A stretch of 61,815 bases of DNA from Octopus sinensis (taxonomy: Eukaryota). The DNA is taken from the NCBI RefSeq assembly GCF_006345805.1, contig NW_021832249.1, forward strand, positions 1 to 61,815, written 5' to 3'. A program made the translations under genes and the position numbers. Under the pieces are notes generated by a model. It worked only from the letters and a program-made list of their open reading frames with translations. It was not told the DNA's origin and did not search any database. Positions 12,408-23,848 of this stretch are shown in pieces; the first letter of the stretch is position 1; the number at the start of each line of letters is the position of its first letter.

Positions 12408-15120
12408 CAGTGTGCGTCCTCCTGTAATTATTAAAATTTTCTTTCTTAAACATACCTGTTTTTATCTCATTTTTCCAAAGGAAAAAATTAAACAAAGTTT
12501 TTTACATAATAAACATTTAAAAATAATCCAAAGAAAATTTTATTTTAAAAAAATTTTGACATTTTAAACAAACAGTCACAAAATCAAATGCTAATTAGTC
12601 TTGGGACAAATTACTTAATACTTTGTAAAGTTTTTTTTTTTTTTTTACAAATCAACAAATTTATACAAACAAGACAAAAATTACAGATAGCTAAGTTAGT
12701 TAAAGGCCTCACGAGACACCCGACCAGCCGCGCGAATGGCGAAGACGTTCCCTCGGATCACAGCAATCGACAGACGTTCCAGGAGCCAAGAAAACTCTCT
12801 TGGATCGTGACTAGTCCTTGAAATCCGTCGACCGAGCGAGCGACGGAAGCGGAGTGTCTTGGGACCGAAGATCCCGGAGGACTCCAAGGCAATTGGAGTA
12901 AAGAGCAGCGAGTTGGACAGGTGGCCGTACGTATTGAGAATCTTTCGCTCTCGGCCTGCCTGGAGCGTGCCCAGGATTGGCGGCGGACAGCGCGAGATTT
13001 CCAGCGAGAACGTGTCCGAGCAGGTAGAATCCCAAATAAGGGATTTCCCCTGCTCGTAGGGGAAGGGACATGCCGTCAGGCGTTTGCCATCCCCTCTATC
13101 CAATCCAACAGGTTAAGGATAGGAGGGATGCCTGATGAGGCGAGGGCTCTCTGTACGACTGAGTTGAGTTTCATGTGACGGGGGCACGACCGGCACTCCG
13201 CCGGCAAGCGAGGGGATGCAAACCGTACTCGTCAACAGTTCCCCACAACGGCATTTGTGCGACTGGAGATTTTCAGCCCGACACGGAGGGAGATTGCAAT
13301 TCTTAGGCATTCCTTGTCCAACAGGTTCCCGATGGAAGGGAGAGGAGAGCCTTTAACCAGACACCGCTGCTTTCACAGCGACCTGCACGGAGGCAAGCGA
13401 CACGGTGTTGATTGGAGACAGGAAGCAGGCCTTCGAAGATTGCCTGACAAGAGATTTCGTCCCATTGGCGATGTACAGATGAGAGTTGGGCAGCTTCGAA
13501 CCAACCGAGCCTCCCACCGACCACGGGCTGCAGAGTAAACTTCAGACAATTTCCGTTCGGGGAGGTTTCTAAGAACGATGTCTGAGAGAGTACGAGAAGC
13601 GTGATGAGCGGATAGGAATGCGGGAGGGCAAGATCGGAATAGGATCTCAAGCAAGGCCACCCAGCGCACAGGCAGGGATGCCTGAGTCCAGCCTGGATCG
13701 TCGAAAGCCAGATTGCAAAGAGAGCTCGTACCGAGCCTGAGGATATTGTCAAGGTCGGAAAGAAGGTCGCCCTTTTGAAAGCAGGGTGCACATCTTAGGT
13801 GTAAAGGATCTTAGGGACGGAGAAGTGGTTTCGGAGGAGGAAAAAGCCACATGAGGCTCGATGACTTTAAGCTTGTCGATCATTTGGATAAGTGGGAAAT
13901 TTTTCCAGCGAGTGAGCATTCGAGGGCAGAAGGCCCCCATGGGGGCACCGAGAATCGTAAGATTTGATTTGTCCGTAATCCGGACGTCTGAGAGAATGGC
14001 CTCGGCACGGGAAATTGAAGCAGTGAAGTCACTCGGATTTAAGGCAATGTTCACGATTTCGGATTTTATGCGTTTATAGATAGGCCGATGTCCGAGAGGG
14101 AAGGGAGGATAGAACGAAGGTCGTCGAAAACAGCGTCGGGGGGACCGCAAATGGTTGCGTCATCCAGATACCATATGTTAACTGGGGATCGAACAGAGTG
14201 AGCGATACTGTTAACGCCCAAGGCAACAAGGACAGGACCCAGGGGATCTCCCTGTTGGACCCCGGTGGCCGAAGAGATGGGAAACATCGTCGAACATGAG
14301 GATACTCGGAGAAGCGTATGAGAGATGTACAATGGGGATAAGCGAACGGACCAGTTCGCGACAGCACTCCAGCAGGTAAAGTATCCGTTATTCCCAAACT
14401 GCATTTAAGCGATTTTTATAATTGTTACAAGCTTTTTACAAGTTTCAACAGGAATTTTATTCCATTCTTCAAACAAAATGATTTTAATTCCGCGATATTG
14501 TTTTGGATTATGCGCCCATACTTGGCTTTTAATTCCTTCCAAAGGTTTTCACTCGGATTAAGATCTGGGGACTGACTTGGCCATTCAAGGGTATCAATCA
14601 ATGTTCTTCTAGCCATTTTTTGGAGTTTTTTGGGGTGTGCTTTGGATCATTGTCTTTTGAAATGTCCAATTTCCTGCAATACCACATTTCTCAATTCACG
14701 AAAATAGATTTTTTTCCAAAATATCACAGTATTAGAAGCATTCAATATTCCGTCAATCACATGAAGTTCTCCAATGCCCCAAGAAGAAAAACACCCCATA
14801 GCATAATACTACCAACTCCATGTTTAACTGTTGATATGGTATTTTTTGGACGATATTCATCCTTCGATTTAAGCCACACGTAGCTTGTATAATTGTGTCC
14901 AAAAATTTCTATCTTTGTTTATCCGACCAAATAAGATAGTCGTCGTCTTTAAGTAAAATTTTTTGGCATTATTATCCGTGCATGGACGTGTTTCTTAGTA
15001 AGCAGCGGAACTTTACGTGGACGACATTTATGGAACCCTTCTTTCCCTTCAGTCTATTATTTTTATAATTGAGCAATTGTAAGTCTAGTGTAGCTTCCAA
15101 CAGTAACAGTGCGACCCATG
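12408..15120 (-). mobile_element. Tc1-like transposon, decayed, split by a CRE-like insertion
   Basis: TA|CAGTG terminus at 12406-12412; WPSQSPDLNPSENLW motif. The C-terminus NNGYFTKY* is restored when 12632-14375 and one TSD copy are removed. Right boundary approximate. Confidence 0.75.
12632..14375 (-). mobile_element. 5'-truncated CRE-like non-LTR retrotransposon (RT + RLE) with poly(A) tail
   Basis: GVQQGDPLGP, WYLDD, CRCG...C and WDSTC...ALESSG...RLSIAVIRGN motifs; poly-T at 12631-12648; 7-bp TSD GTAAAGT at 12625-12631 and 14376-14382. Confidence 0.9.
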
Positions 15121-15194
15121 CTTGCTTTAAATTTTTTTTATTTTTTTCAATAAAAAAGAATTTTTTTAATTAATAAAGAGAATTTAAAAATTGT

Positions 15195-15303
15195 GGCAAA
15201 TTTCAGAATTGGCAAATATCATTGAAAAGTAGAAGAATCGATAAAAATGGCGAATTTCAGAATTGGCAAATTTAAGAATTGCCAGATTCTAGAGAGTTTA
15301 CTG
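15195..15303 (-). mobile_element. Isolated pogo/Tigger-like terminal inverted repeat with subterminal repeats
   Basis: Reverse complement begins CAGTAAACTCTCTAGAATCTGGCAATTC; repeated tttcagaattggcaaat units. Confidence 0.45.
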
Positions 15304-15364
15304 AAAATGTTATAGTCGGTATTAATTTATATATAACCAAATAAAACCAAAATTAGTTTCGCCT

Positions 15365-15935
15365 TTGCAAGGTCATTGCTTAAGAAGTCGGCAATTGTGG
15401 TTGTGGTCCTTGTTGGTCAGAATAAATAACAATCCACATTGGTCAAAAACAACTCAAATAGTCAGATATATTGTCAACCTATCTTATCTTTTCTTTCCAC
15501 TTTATTTCTCCATCTGTCATTTGTCTTTTCTTTCATTTTATTTGTCCTTCTATCTCTGTTCCATTCTTTATTTCATTTCTTTTGTCCATCTTTCTTTTCT
15601 ATTTCTTTTTTATACATTTCCATCTTTCTTTTCTATGTTTTCTTACGATGGCTATTTGCTCTTCGTGCAAAACTAGCAACGATCGGAAGAAAGGTAGATA
15701 CTGTTCTGGCTCCAACAGTTTCTTTCACCTTTCGTGTGTTCGACTTTCCAGGCGCGTTCAGCTTCTCTCATAACCTGGAACTGCCCTGTTGTTGTTCTTG
15801 CAGGCCGGTCCGGCCACAACAGTCGCTGGAAATCCCTGCTGAAAGTCCATCTCCGTCAGCCGAAGATGCTTTAAGATTCATCTATTCTTCTCGCTGTAAC
15901 CGCCAAATTCCGGCACGGATCCGAAGGCAGCGAGG
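15365..15935 (+). mobile_element. Probable 5' UTR and PHD-finger-like N-terminus of a non-LTR (CRE-like) element
   Basis: MAICSSCKT...YCSGSNSFFHLSCV (CxxC...FHxxC) followed by QIPARIR, preceded by a pyrimidine-rich leader. Confidence 0.45.
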
Positions 15936-15959
15936 ATTCAAGCTGCTCTCTCTTTGTCC

Positions 15960-16100
15960 ATTTTTGAAAAAGGAACATTTATTTGAGAAATATCATCTAT
16001 TTGGAATGATCTCAAAATAGAATACGCAAAAGGTCTTATTGATAGCATGCCAGGCCGTATACATGTAATTAGAGCTAATGGAGGAATACTAGATACTAAA
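15960..16100 (+). pseudogene. Tc1 transposase C-terminal remnant
   Basis: LIDSMPGRIH.VIRANGG text matches the Tc1 SMP.R...VI...GG.T.Y ending. Confidence 0.55.
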
Positions 16101-16621
16101 TAAATTTGTTCAGTTTTTGGGTTCTGAATTTATCAATGAATAAAAAATCGTATTAAATATAATGTCACAGGCATGGAAGGCCCCCCAGGCTTAATGGGAC
16201 CCTACCCTTATTAGCTATTTCATACACTTAATAAATGAAATACCCAAAGGGGAACACTTGCATACTTGCGTGGTGTCAAAATATTTCTAGATTAATAAAA
16301 TTATAATCACATTAGTACTGCCTTAATTTCAGAAAAATAATAGATAATTATAAATCATATTGATAAATATTTCAAATAAATGTCATTACAATGTACAAAG
16401 CCAATTAAATATAGTTAAAACCAAAATTATATTAAAATCTTCAGAAACCTTTTTAATTTTATTTTTAAGGTAAAGTAACCAATGGTAAACCCATTTATAA
16501 AAATAAAATTGTCAATTTATAATGTACGAATTATGGAGATATTTCTGACCTTTTCTTCGAAGATCTCTCAGTTGTTTCAGATTTTATAGAATTTCCACCA
16601 CTTCGTAGATGTGGATGTTAA

Positions 16622-16707
16622 CTAACCCTAACCATAACCCTAACCCTAACAATAAACCTAACCAAGACCCTACCCTAACCATAACCCTAACCAAGACCCT
16701 AACCCTA
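16622..16707 (-). repeat. Degenerate interstitial telomere-like (CCCTAA)n array
   Basis: ctaaccctaaccataaccctaaccctaacaataaacctaaccaagaccctaccctaacc... Confidence 0.85.
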
Positions 16708-16741
16708 TATTTTAATTGTCGCATTGCATGTATAATTGATA

Positions 16742-18190
16742 TCTTAATAATAAAATGGTATGGTGTGTGTCGGTCTGTCTGTCTGTCTGTCTGTGTGTGC
16801 ACACCACTTCAAATTGGCAATACGATGTCCTCGACTTACATGATGAGGTCCTTAAAACCTTCCCTCAAAAAACAAATTAAAAAAAAATTTTCTGCATTTT
16901 GGTTTTTAAATGAACAACTACGATGTCCTCGACTTACATGATGAGGTCCTAAAACCTTCCCCCCCAAAAAAATTAAAAAAAAATTTTCTGCTCTTTTGGT
17001 TAAAATGAACAACTACGATGTCCTCGACTTACATGATGTGGTCCTTAAAACCTTCCCCCACAAAAAATTAAAAAAAAATTTCTGCATTTTGGTTAAAATG
17101 AACAACTACGATGTCCTCGACTTACATGATGAGGTCCTTAAAACCTTCCCCCCAAAAAAAATAAAAAAAAATTTTCTGCATTTTGGTTAAAATGAACAAC
17201 TACGATGTCCTCGACTTACATGATGAGATCCTTAAAACTATCCCCCCCCCCAAAAAAATTAAAAAAAAATTTTCTGCATTTTGGTTAAAATGAACAACTA
17301 CGATGTCCTCGACTTACATGATGAGGTCCTTAAAACCTTCCCCCCAAAAAAAAATTATAAAAAATTTTCTACATTTTGGTAAAAATGAACAACTACGATG
17401 TCCTCGACTTACATGATGAGGTCCTTAAAACCTTCCCCGCAAAAAAAAATTAAAAAAAATTTTCTGCATTTTGGTAAAAATGAACAACTACGATGTTCTC
17501 GACTTACATGATGAGGTCCTTGAAACCTTCCCGCCAAAAAATCAAAAAATTATTTCCTGCATTTGATTAAATGAACAACTTTAATGTCCTCGACATTCAT
17601 GATGAGGTCCATTAAAACTTCAAGGCAAAAATCTCACGTATTAAGAATATCCTTGATGAAAACGACAGCGAGAATATTAACACTGATGAACTCCTAATTA
17701 TTCGCGAGAAAGAAATTCAATTCATCCTATGTTTTCTCTTTAAAATTAAATGCATATATCATTATCGACATGAATCAAAATTAAAGCTATTATCATATTT
17801 GACTTTGACAGAATGTGAAATTACAGATTGCACGACTTTGAATAGAGTGTGGAATTAACAGATTTTGAAAAACCACTTTGATAGTTGAAACCACATTAGC
17901 ACAATCATTAACACAATTTACCACCAATTGACGCACGACCTTGAATAGAGTGTGCAATTAACAGATTTTGAAAAACACTTTGATAGTTGAAACCACATTA
18001 GCACAATCATTAACACAATTTACCACAATTGACAGCGCCATCAGAAGAATTTGCGTAAAATATTAACTATTTAGTTAATTTCGTAAAGCTAGAATTTATT
18101 TTATACATCTACATAAACTTATAGTTGTTTGATGAAACAGGCCCTCCGCAGGAGCTAGGTCGCGGTGAGCGAAGCGAGCTGCCGAGCTAG
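16742..18190 (+). mobile_element. Non-autonomous Helitron, copy 1
   Basis: A|TC start, (GTCT)n microsatellite, internal minisatellite, GC-rich subterminal gcggtgagcgaagcgagctgc, CTAG|T end, no TSD; same termini as 27874-30121. Confidence 0.88.
16820..17610 (+). repeat. ~95-bp minisatellite, about 8-9 units, inside the Helitron
   Basis: Unit tacgatgtcctcgacttacatgatgaggtccttaaaaccttcc(C)n(A)ntt(A)nttttctgcattttggttaaaatgaacaac. Confidence 0.95.
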
Positions 18191-18268
18191 TGTAAAAATA
18201 AATTTTAGACAAGCCATTCAAAAATAATAAATTAAACATCAAAATTATTACAAAAATAATTAAAATAC

Positions 18269-20861
18269 CAACAAAGGGCCCTGATTGGAAATGCCACGAA
18301 GAAACACTCCGACGCTCTTTCATGGGCAAAACTATTCCTCTTTCGTCTACGCTTTGGGCGTCCCGATACAGCAACAAAGAGATGGGCAATCCCTTGCTAA
18401 AGTTTTGAAAGCGCAGATCGCTGAATTCATGTCCAATTGCGAGTCCGTCCTGCCCCTACCGAAGGGACGCACAAAGTTGAAAGAAGGCCTTCAAAGGCAT
18501 CTGAGGCCGAAAGGATACGGCGGCTGGTACGGACAAAACTCAATGGAAGGAGACGTAAAGGCCGCTGTACGAACCATATCCTCGGACCTGGGCACCCTCC
18601 CATACAGCACTGCTACTATGTTTCTGCATTGAAGGCGAAACATCCCAGCGCCCTGAAGACTTTCGTGAATTCCACCTCCCTAATGTCATGCCACTAGTAG
18701 CCTCGGCCGCGGACGTCTCCGATAGCCTGAAATCTTTCCGTCGCAGCAGCTCTGGTGGTGTGGATGGCCTAAGGCCTGGCATGTTCGTGATTTGATGTCT
18801 CGGCTCTCAGGGGAAACTACCTTGCTCGAAAAGATCGTCGGACTCTCTAACAAGATTCTGTCCGGCGACTTATGCTCTTTTGCCCGTGAGATGATCTCTC
18901 CTCATGGTTGACGGCCCTAAAGAAGGCGGATGGCGGAGTTCGCCCCATTGCTGTCGGAAACATTTTCCGAAGGATTGCTTCCAAGATAGCAAGCAAGGCA
19001 GGCTCTGGGAACTTCTGTCGTACTTCGTACCAACACAGCTCGGAGTTGGTGTCCGAGGAGGCGCTGAGGCCGAGGTCCACGCTCTACGTGAGTTTGTTTT
19101 TTCTTCCAGGATTCCAACGAATTCTGGCCAAGACGATTTAAGAATGCATTTAATTCTGTTAGAAGAGACTGTATTCTTGAAGCTTGTGCCAAAGAATTCC
19201 GCACATCCTACCGATTGTAAATTTGGCATACTCCAAGCCTTCCGCACTTGTATTCGGAACAACAATACTTGATTCTGCCAATGGAGTTCAACAAGGTGAC
19301 CCTCTAGGTCCTCTTTTATTCTCCCTCGCAATTCACCACAACGAGATCATGTAAAAATGATCTTAACATGTGGTATTTGGATGATGGAGTAATTGGAGGA
19401 ACCCCTGAGGGCATCTTGGAAACGCTGAAGTCTCTTGTTTTTAAATTTGGAGCGCTTGGGCTTGAATTCAACTGCGGCAAATGCGAAATTGTGAATGTCA
19501 ACACGGACGAACTTTCCTTTCGTAAGTGGATGACCGAATTCGACAAATGCTACCTGGATGCACCTTCCCCCTCAAAGAGGACTTGATTTTTCTTGGATTT
19601 CCTATTTTGAAAGTGGTATCAAAGCTGTTATGAAGGCTAAAATTTCGGAATTTTCCCTTCTCTCTGAAAAATTACGTTGTGTGGATAGCCACATTGGGCT
19701 CTTTTTAATGAGGAACTGTCTATCTATTCCGAAGTTAACATACCTTTTGAGGACGGCCCAATGCTATCAGGAAACAGATCTTCTCGAAGACTATTCCGAG
19801 CATATGAGAGCTTGCACTGAGGACATCCTCAACGTTAGCTTCGATACGCAGTCGTGGAAACAGGCAACTCTTCCAATTTCCCTGGGAGGGATCGGCTTGA
19901 TCACCCCGGCAGATTCAGCGCACGGCGCATATTTTTCCTCAGTACTCTCGTCCAGAGATATGATCGACACTCTTCTTTCTCAAATAAACGAACAGAGGAA
20001 ATCATTTGCTGTGGATGATTGCGTCGCCGTATGGGAAAGCTGGGATTGCCATTGCCATCTGATGTGACCTGCCAATCGGAGTGGACGTCGAAAGTCCACG
20101 CCAATACGTTTCATGCCTAAAGGAAACCATGGACCAGAGAAGGTTGCTTGTTTACAAGCGGGCAGCCAGCCCCTAAGCGGCGCATGGCTAAACTGTTACC
20201 CTTGTAATACAACTGGCTGCCTTCTTAATGATGAGCCGTAAGAATTGGAGTTTGTCTGCGCCTCGGTCTACGCGTCTATGAAAAACACCAATGCGGTGCG
20301 GCGTGTGGACTGACGAGTTTGGATATCACTCCCTCTCCTGTCGAAACGGAATTAGACGTTCCTCACGGCATTCCGAACTGAACCAGATCATCTGTCGATC
20401 TCTTTGAACTGGGATTCCACACACAATTGGAACCTGTAGGGATTTTCGTAGAGGACGGCAGAAGACCGATGGGATGACCACATTTCCATCCAGAGGGGAA
20501 AGTGTCTGGTTTGGGACGTCACGTGTGTGAACTCCTTTTCCAATCAGAACATCAAATTATGCATCGAGAATCCTGGAGCCCCGTCTGAACGGGCAGAAAA
20601 GAGAAAAGCTGAGAAATACGCTGGAATTGGGAATGGGAGAGTGTTTGTCCCCCTGGCTGTTGAGACGTCAGGAATACAGGGGCCTTCTACTCGGACCCTA
20701 CTCCAGCGCATTGCCTCATTAATCGGAAGGGTTACCGGCGACCCGTGTGAGCACCGGTATTTAATCGAAAGAATATCTATAGCAATAGTCAGAGGCAATA
20801 CTCTGGCTATCTGCCAATGACTATTTCTCTTTTGGTTTACATAAATAAAAGTCTTTTTGAC
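18269..20861 (+). mobile_element. CRE-like non-LTR retrotransposon, decayed, distinct family
   Basis: ALKKADGGVRPIAVGNIFRR, WYLDDG and LAVETSG...ERISIAIVRGN; probable 8-bp TSD TAAAATAC at 18261-18268 and 20862-20869. Confidence 0.85.
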
Positions 20862-21239
20862 TAAAATACTATTTTTTACATATAATTTACGTCTGCCATT
20901 TACTTTTGCTTTTTTAATTCGAAGTGGGTCCCTTCACGCTTGATATTTAAAAATAAAATTTTAGACAAGCCATTCTAAAATAATAAATTAAACATTAAAA
21001 TTATTATAAAAATAATCAAAATACTATTTTTTCCATATAATTTATATCTGCCATTTACTTTTGCCTTTTTAATTCTGTAACGTCCCTTCAAGCGTGGGGG
21101 TCCTTTCAAGCCGGTGACATATAATATTTTTAAAAAACAAAAAAATAAACAATACTTTATTTAATGTTTTAAATCAATAGAAGTTATTTTTTTAGATATT
21201 GATTTATGGTAAATTCGTGAGAAAATGCTTGTTTAGTTT

Positions 21240-21983
21240 TTATATTTTTTTTAACTGTATGTTTTCTGTTGATACCCAGCCCGGTTTACGGAATTCATAG
21301 ATAATCAAAATTATGATTAAAAAGCCAAACCCAATGATTAAAAAACATGTAAAATGACTAAACTTATGTATCTAATTGTACTGGAGGGATGAATCCAATG
21401 GCTATGGCAATGCAAAAGGTAAATAAACCGACGCTTGCCACATCCCATTTTTCTTTTTTTGGTTAGGGATTCGATAAATGTGTGGCACATGAAAGTAGAA
21501 TGAAAGGAGAGGCGAAAAACTGAAATGAACACTAAAATTTACATGACCAGATACATTTGACCAGAAATCGTTTTTAGCATCCAGTACGCAGGACTTACGT
21601 TTGGCATAAAGTTCCTGACAAAGGAAGCGATGGTGATTCTCTCTCGCTTGGGAGAGAATCAAGTGTGTCGAATACCATGTTTATTGAGATTTTGGAAAAC
21701 GGGGAAAAATTGCCATGAACAAATCTAATGTAGATAGTTTTGACAGGCCCACATGATTCAAGAGTTAACTTCTGTTATGGCCCCCAGAACAAGCAATATG
21801 GCGAAAGTCAGTAGCAGCCACTCAAGATGATAAAAACTCAAATAGAGTTTAAGCGCTTTCATTAGTCCATCTTTTTTCTTGAAATCACGACATCGACTGA
21901 AAAGACGCCATGCATGAATAGAAAAAAACGATGATTGCAGAAATCATAATCTCACGTGGATAATTCTTTTGTGGATTTAACAT
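21240..21983 (-). pseudogene. C-terminal half of a bacterial-type APC amino-acid permease (GadC-like), intronless, with stops and frameshifts
   Basis: Stitched reading: MLNPQKNYPREIMISAII...GLMKALKLYLSFYHLEWL...LGAITEVNS*I.GP...FFQNLNKHG...FMPNVSPAYWMLKTISGQMYLVM*ILVFISVFRL...YRIP...GMW.ASVGLFTFCIAIAIGFIPPVQL...IIYEFRKPGW. Confidence 0.72.
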
Positions 21984-22019
21984 CTGATTTTCAGATATAC
22001 AAAGAATTAAGCCACTTTT

Positions 22020-22450
22020 CCGTGTTTTTTATTATTGTCAAGATAGACGTTAAAAAGGAAATATTATTCTTATAAATCCTTTTTCTTAACATTTTTCTTT
22101 TGGCATCGAGTATACATAGGCCTTTTTACAAGACATTTTAAACAAGACCTGAGAACAGCTATGACTACATCTCTGCAAGATCCATAGACTAAATTCTTTA
22201 AAAGAGAAAGAAGTCTATTCGACCAGGATTTCCATTTTTTCGGAGAAAATTTTTAATAAATATTCTCTTCTGTTCATCTTCTTCCACAGCGAACACATGC
22301 AAAAGAATCCCACTTGATACAGTCAACCCTCTTTGTAAAGTTCGAAACTCAGTCATTAGGTGCTTAAAATATATTAGTTTCATTTGAATTAGAACACACA
22401 TTTTGATATAATGACTTTGCTTTTTCCTTGAGAATTACATCATTATGAAA
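22020..22450 (-). pseudogene. pogo/Tigger transposase remnant (CENP-B HTH region)
   Basis: ILKEKAKSLY...F.APND.VSNFTKR resembles IL.EKA..L....F.AS.GWL..FKKR; highly decayed. Confidence 0.4.
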
Positions 22451-22639
22451 GACACCACCGGCTTTAACCATATCAAAAAAAATTTAAATAAGCCTGAAAA
22501 AATAGGTAAAAATAGAAAAATGGTCAAAAATAGAAAAACATAAGTAAAAAAATTTTAATTTTTGTAGTAAAAATGGAGAGTGGCAAATAATAGAGGTAAT
22601 AAATTAGAGATGTTGATCCAAATAATATTATTTACTTGA

Positions 22640-23150
22640 AAAAAGTGCCTCTATTGCCGAATCGATGTTTGCATCGCTAAATTGATATTAGCATTAGTGA
22701 TTAGATTCTGAAATCTGCCCTTTAAAAGTCTCGACAAAAATTTGATTATTGAAATGTTATGAACACACTTTTCAGTTCAATATCAGCTTGTAAATCAATT
22801 AATTCTAGTAGGTAAATTTTGGAAACCTTATCACTTTTTTATAATTAGTGGAGTCGCAAATAATCTCATTTAATTTGAGCCCTTTTTAAAGCCCCGTTAT
22901 TGCTTCAAATTGTGAGATTAAATTATCAATTATTTTTAAATATTTTTTCAGTTAAACCATCTTAGGAATTTTCCGACAAATATTGAAAATGTAAGTATTT
23001 TTTAGTAGATATCTGCGTTTTTTATAAACTTTATTTCTTAGCGAATACATCAATATACCCATTAATTTGATAATTGAGCTTATTTTTGCCTCGTAGTTCG
23101 ACATTCAGCTTATTTATTTTAAGTGAATAAGATAATTTAAGGAAGTTGAT
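22640..23150 (-). pseudogene. hAT (SPIN-like) transposase C-terminal remnant
   Basis: LFATP...LLELIDLQADIELKSVF...FQNL. Confidence 0.45.
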
Positions 23151-23848
23151 AAAATCTTAATATAAATATAACAGAAATTTACTTTCTGAGACAAAAGCTA
23201 CGATTTAACTATCTCACTACTGAAAAAAGAAGGACATCACCATAATCCGAATCCGTTTCAGTTGAAGATGATTTAAATTTTCGGTGATTCAAAGCCTTCG
23301 CCAGAATCCGATTAACTATACATATTACAACTTCAGAAACATTTTTAATTTTTATGTTGTTACAAATTAAATTTTTCTGATGTATAATGCAACAATGCTA
23401 TAATATTTGATTCCAAATATTATCATATCTCCATTTATTTATAAGTCCAGAAAAACCAGTTTTACTGGCAACCATAGAGAGAGCGCCATCAGTTGAAATT
23501 AAAACTAATTTCTTCAGATCAACTTAATAATTTCACAATTGAAGAAAAAATCTTTGTTCCTTTAGTTTTTCGTGAATTTTAGCGAAGCTAGATTAGCTTT
23601 ATCAAAATTTAATAACATTTACGTTATCAAAAATTAAAACGATGTAGTGAATAGCTTGACTAGTTTAAACCAAACTTATAGACATTTCCAATCAAATTAC
23701 ACATCTTCTCTAGGTTCGTGTATTTTTAGATGTGTTATAAGAACTAGTCTAAATATCGAAAAATATGTTTTACTTGTATTTCAGACTAAAAAAATTCCAA
23801 AATATGGCACCGAAAGCCACTAACTAAATGGTTTAAAAGACGACACCA

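Larger units (their letters stand above)
16163..21119. mobile_element. Non-autonomous Ginger2/TDD-like element carrying a nested Helitron and a CRE-like insertion
   Basis: Imperfect 38-bp TIRs TGTCACAGGCATGGAAGGCCCCCCAGGC... and ...GGGGGTCCTTTCAAGCCGGTGACA; exact 5-bp TSD TATAA at 16158-16162 and 21120-21124. Confidence 0.8.

Noticed and set aside
15439-16020. 193-aa hydrophobic ORF as a membrane protein
   Set aside because: Arises from T-rich low-complexity leader sequence and runs across TE junctions
16820-17610. CRISPR-like array, box C/D snoRNA cluster or hammerhead ribozyme array
   Set aside because: No unique spacers or cas genes; ATGATGA is present but there is no CTGA D box and no CTGANGA...GAAA core with stem II
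17685-17725. CTGATGA...GAAA as a hammerhead ribozyme
   Set aside because: Stem II does not close next to GAAA, and stems I and III could not be formed
21758-21760. TGA=Trp genetic code
   Set aside because: Other Trp codons are TGG, a TAA also interrupts the same gene, and ZMAT2 appears to end at TGA
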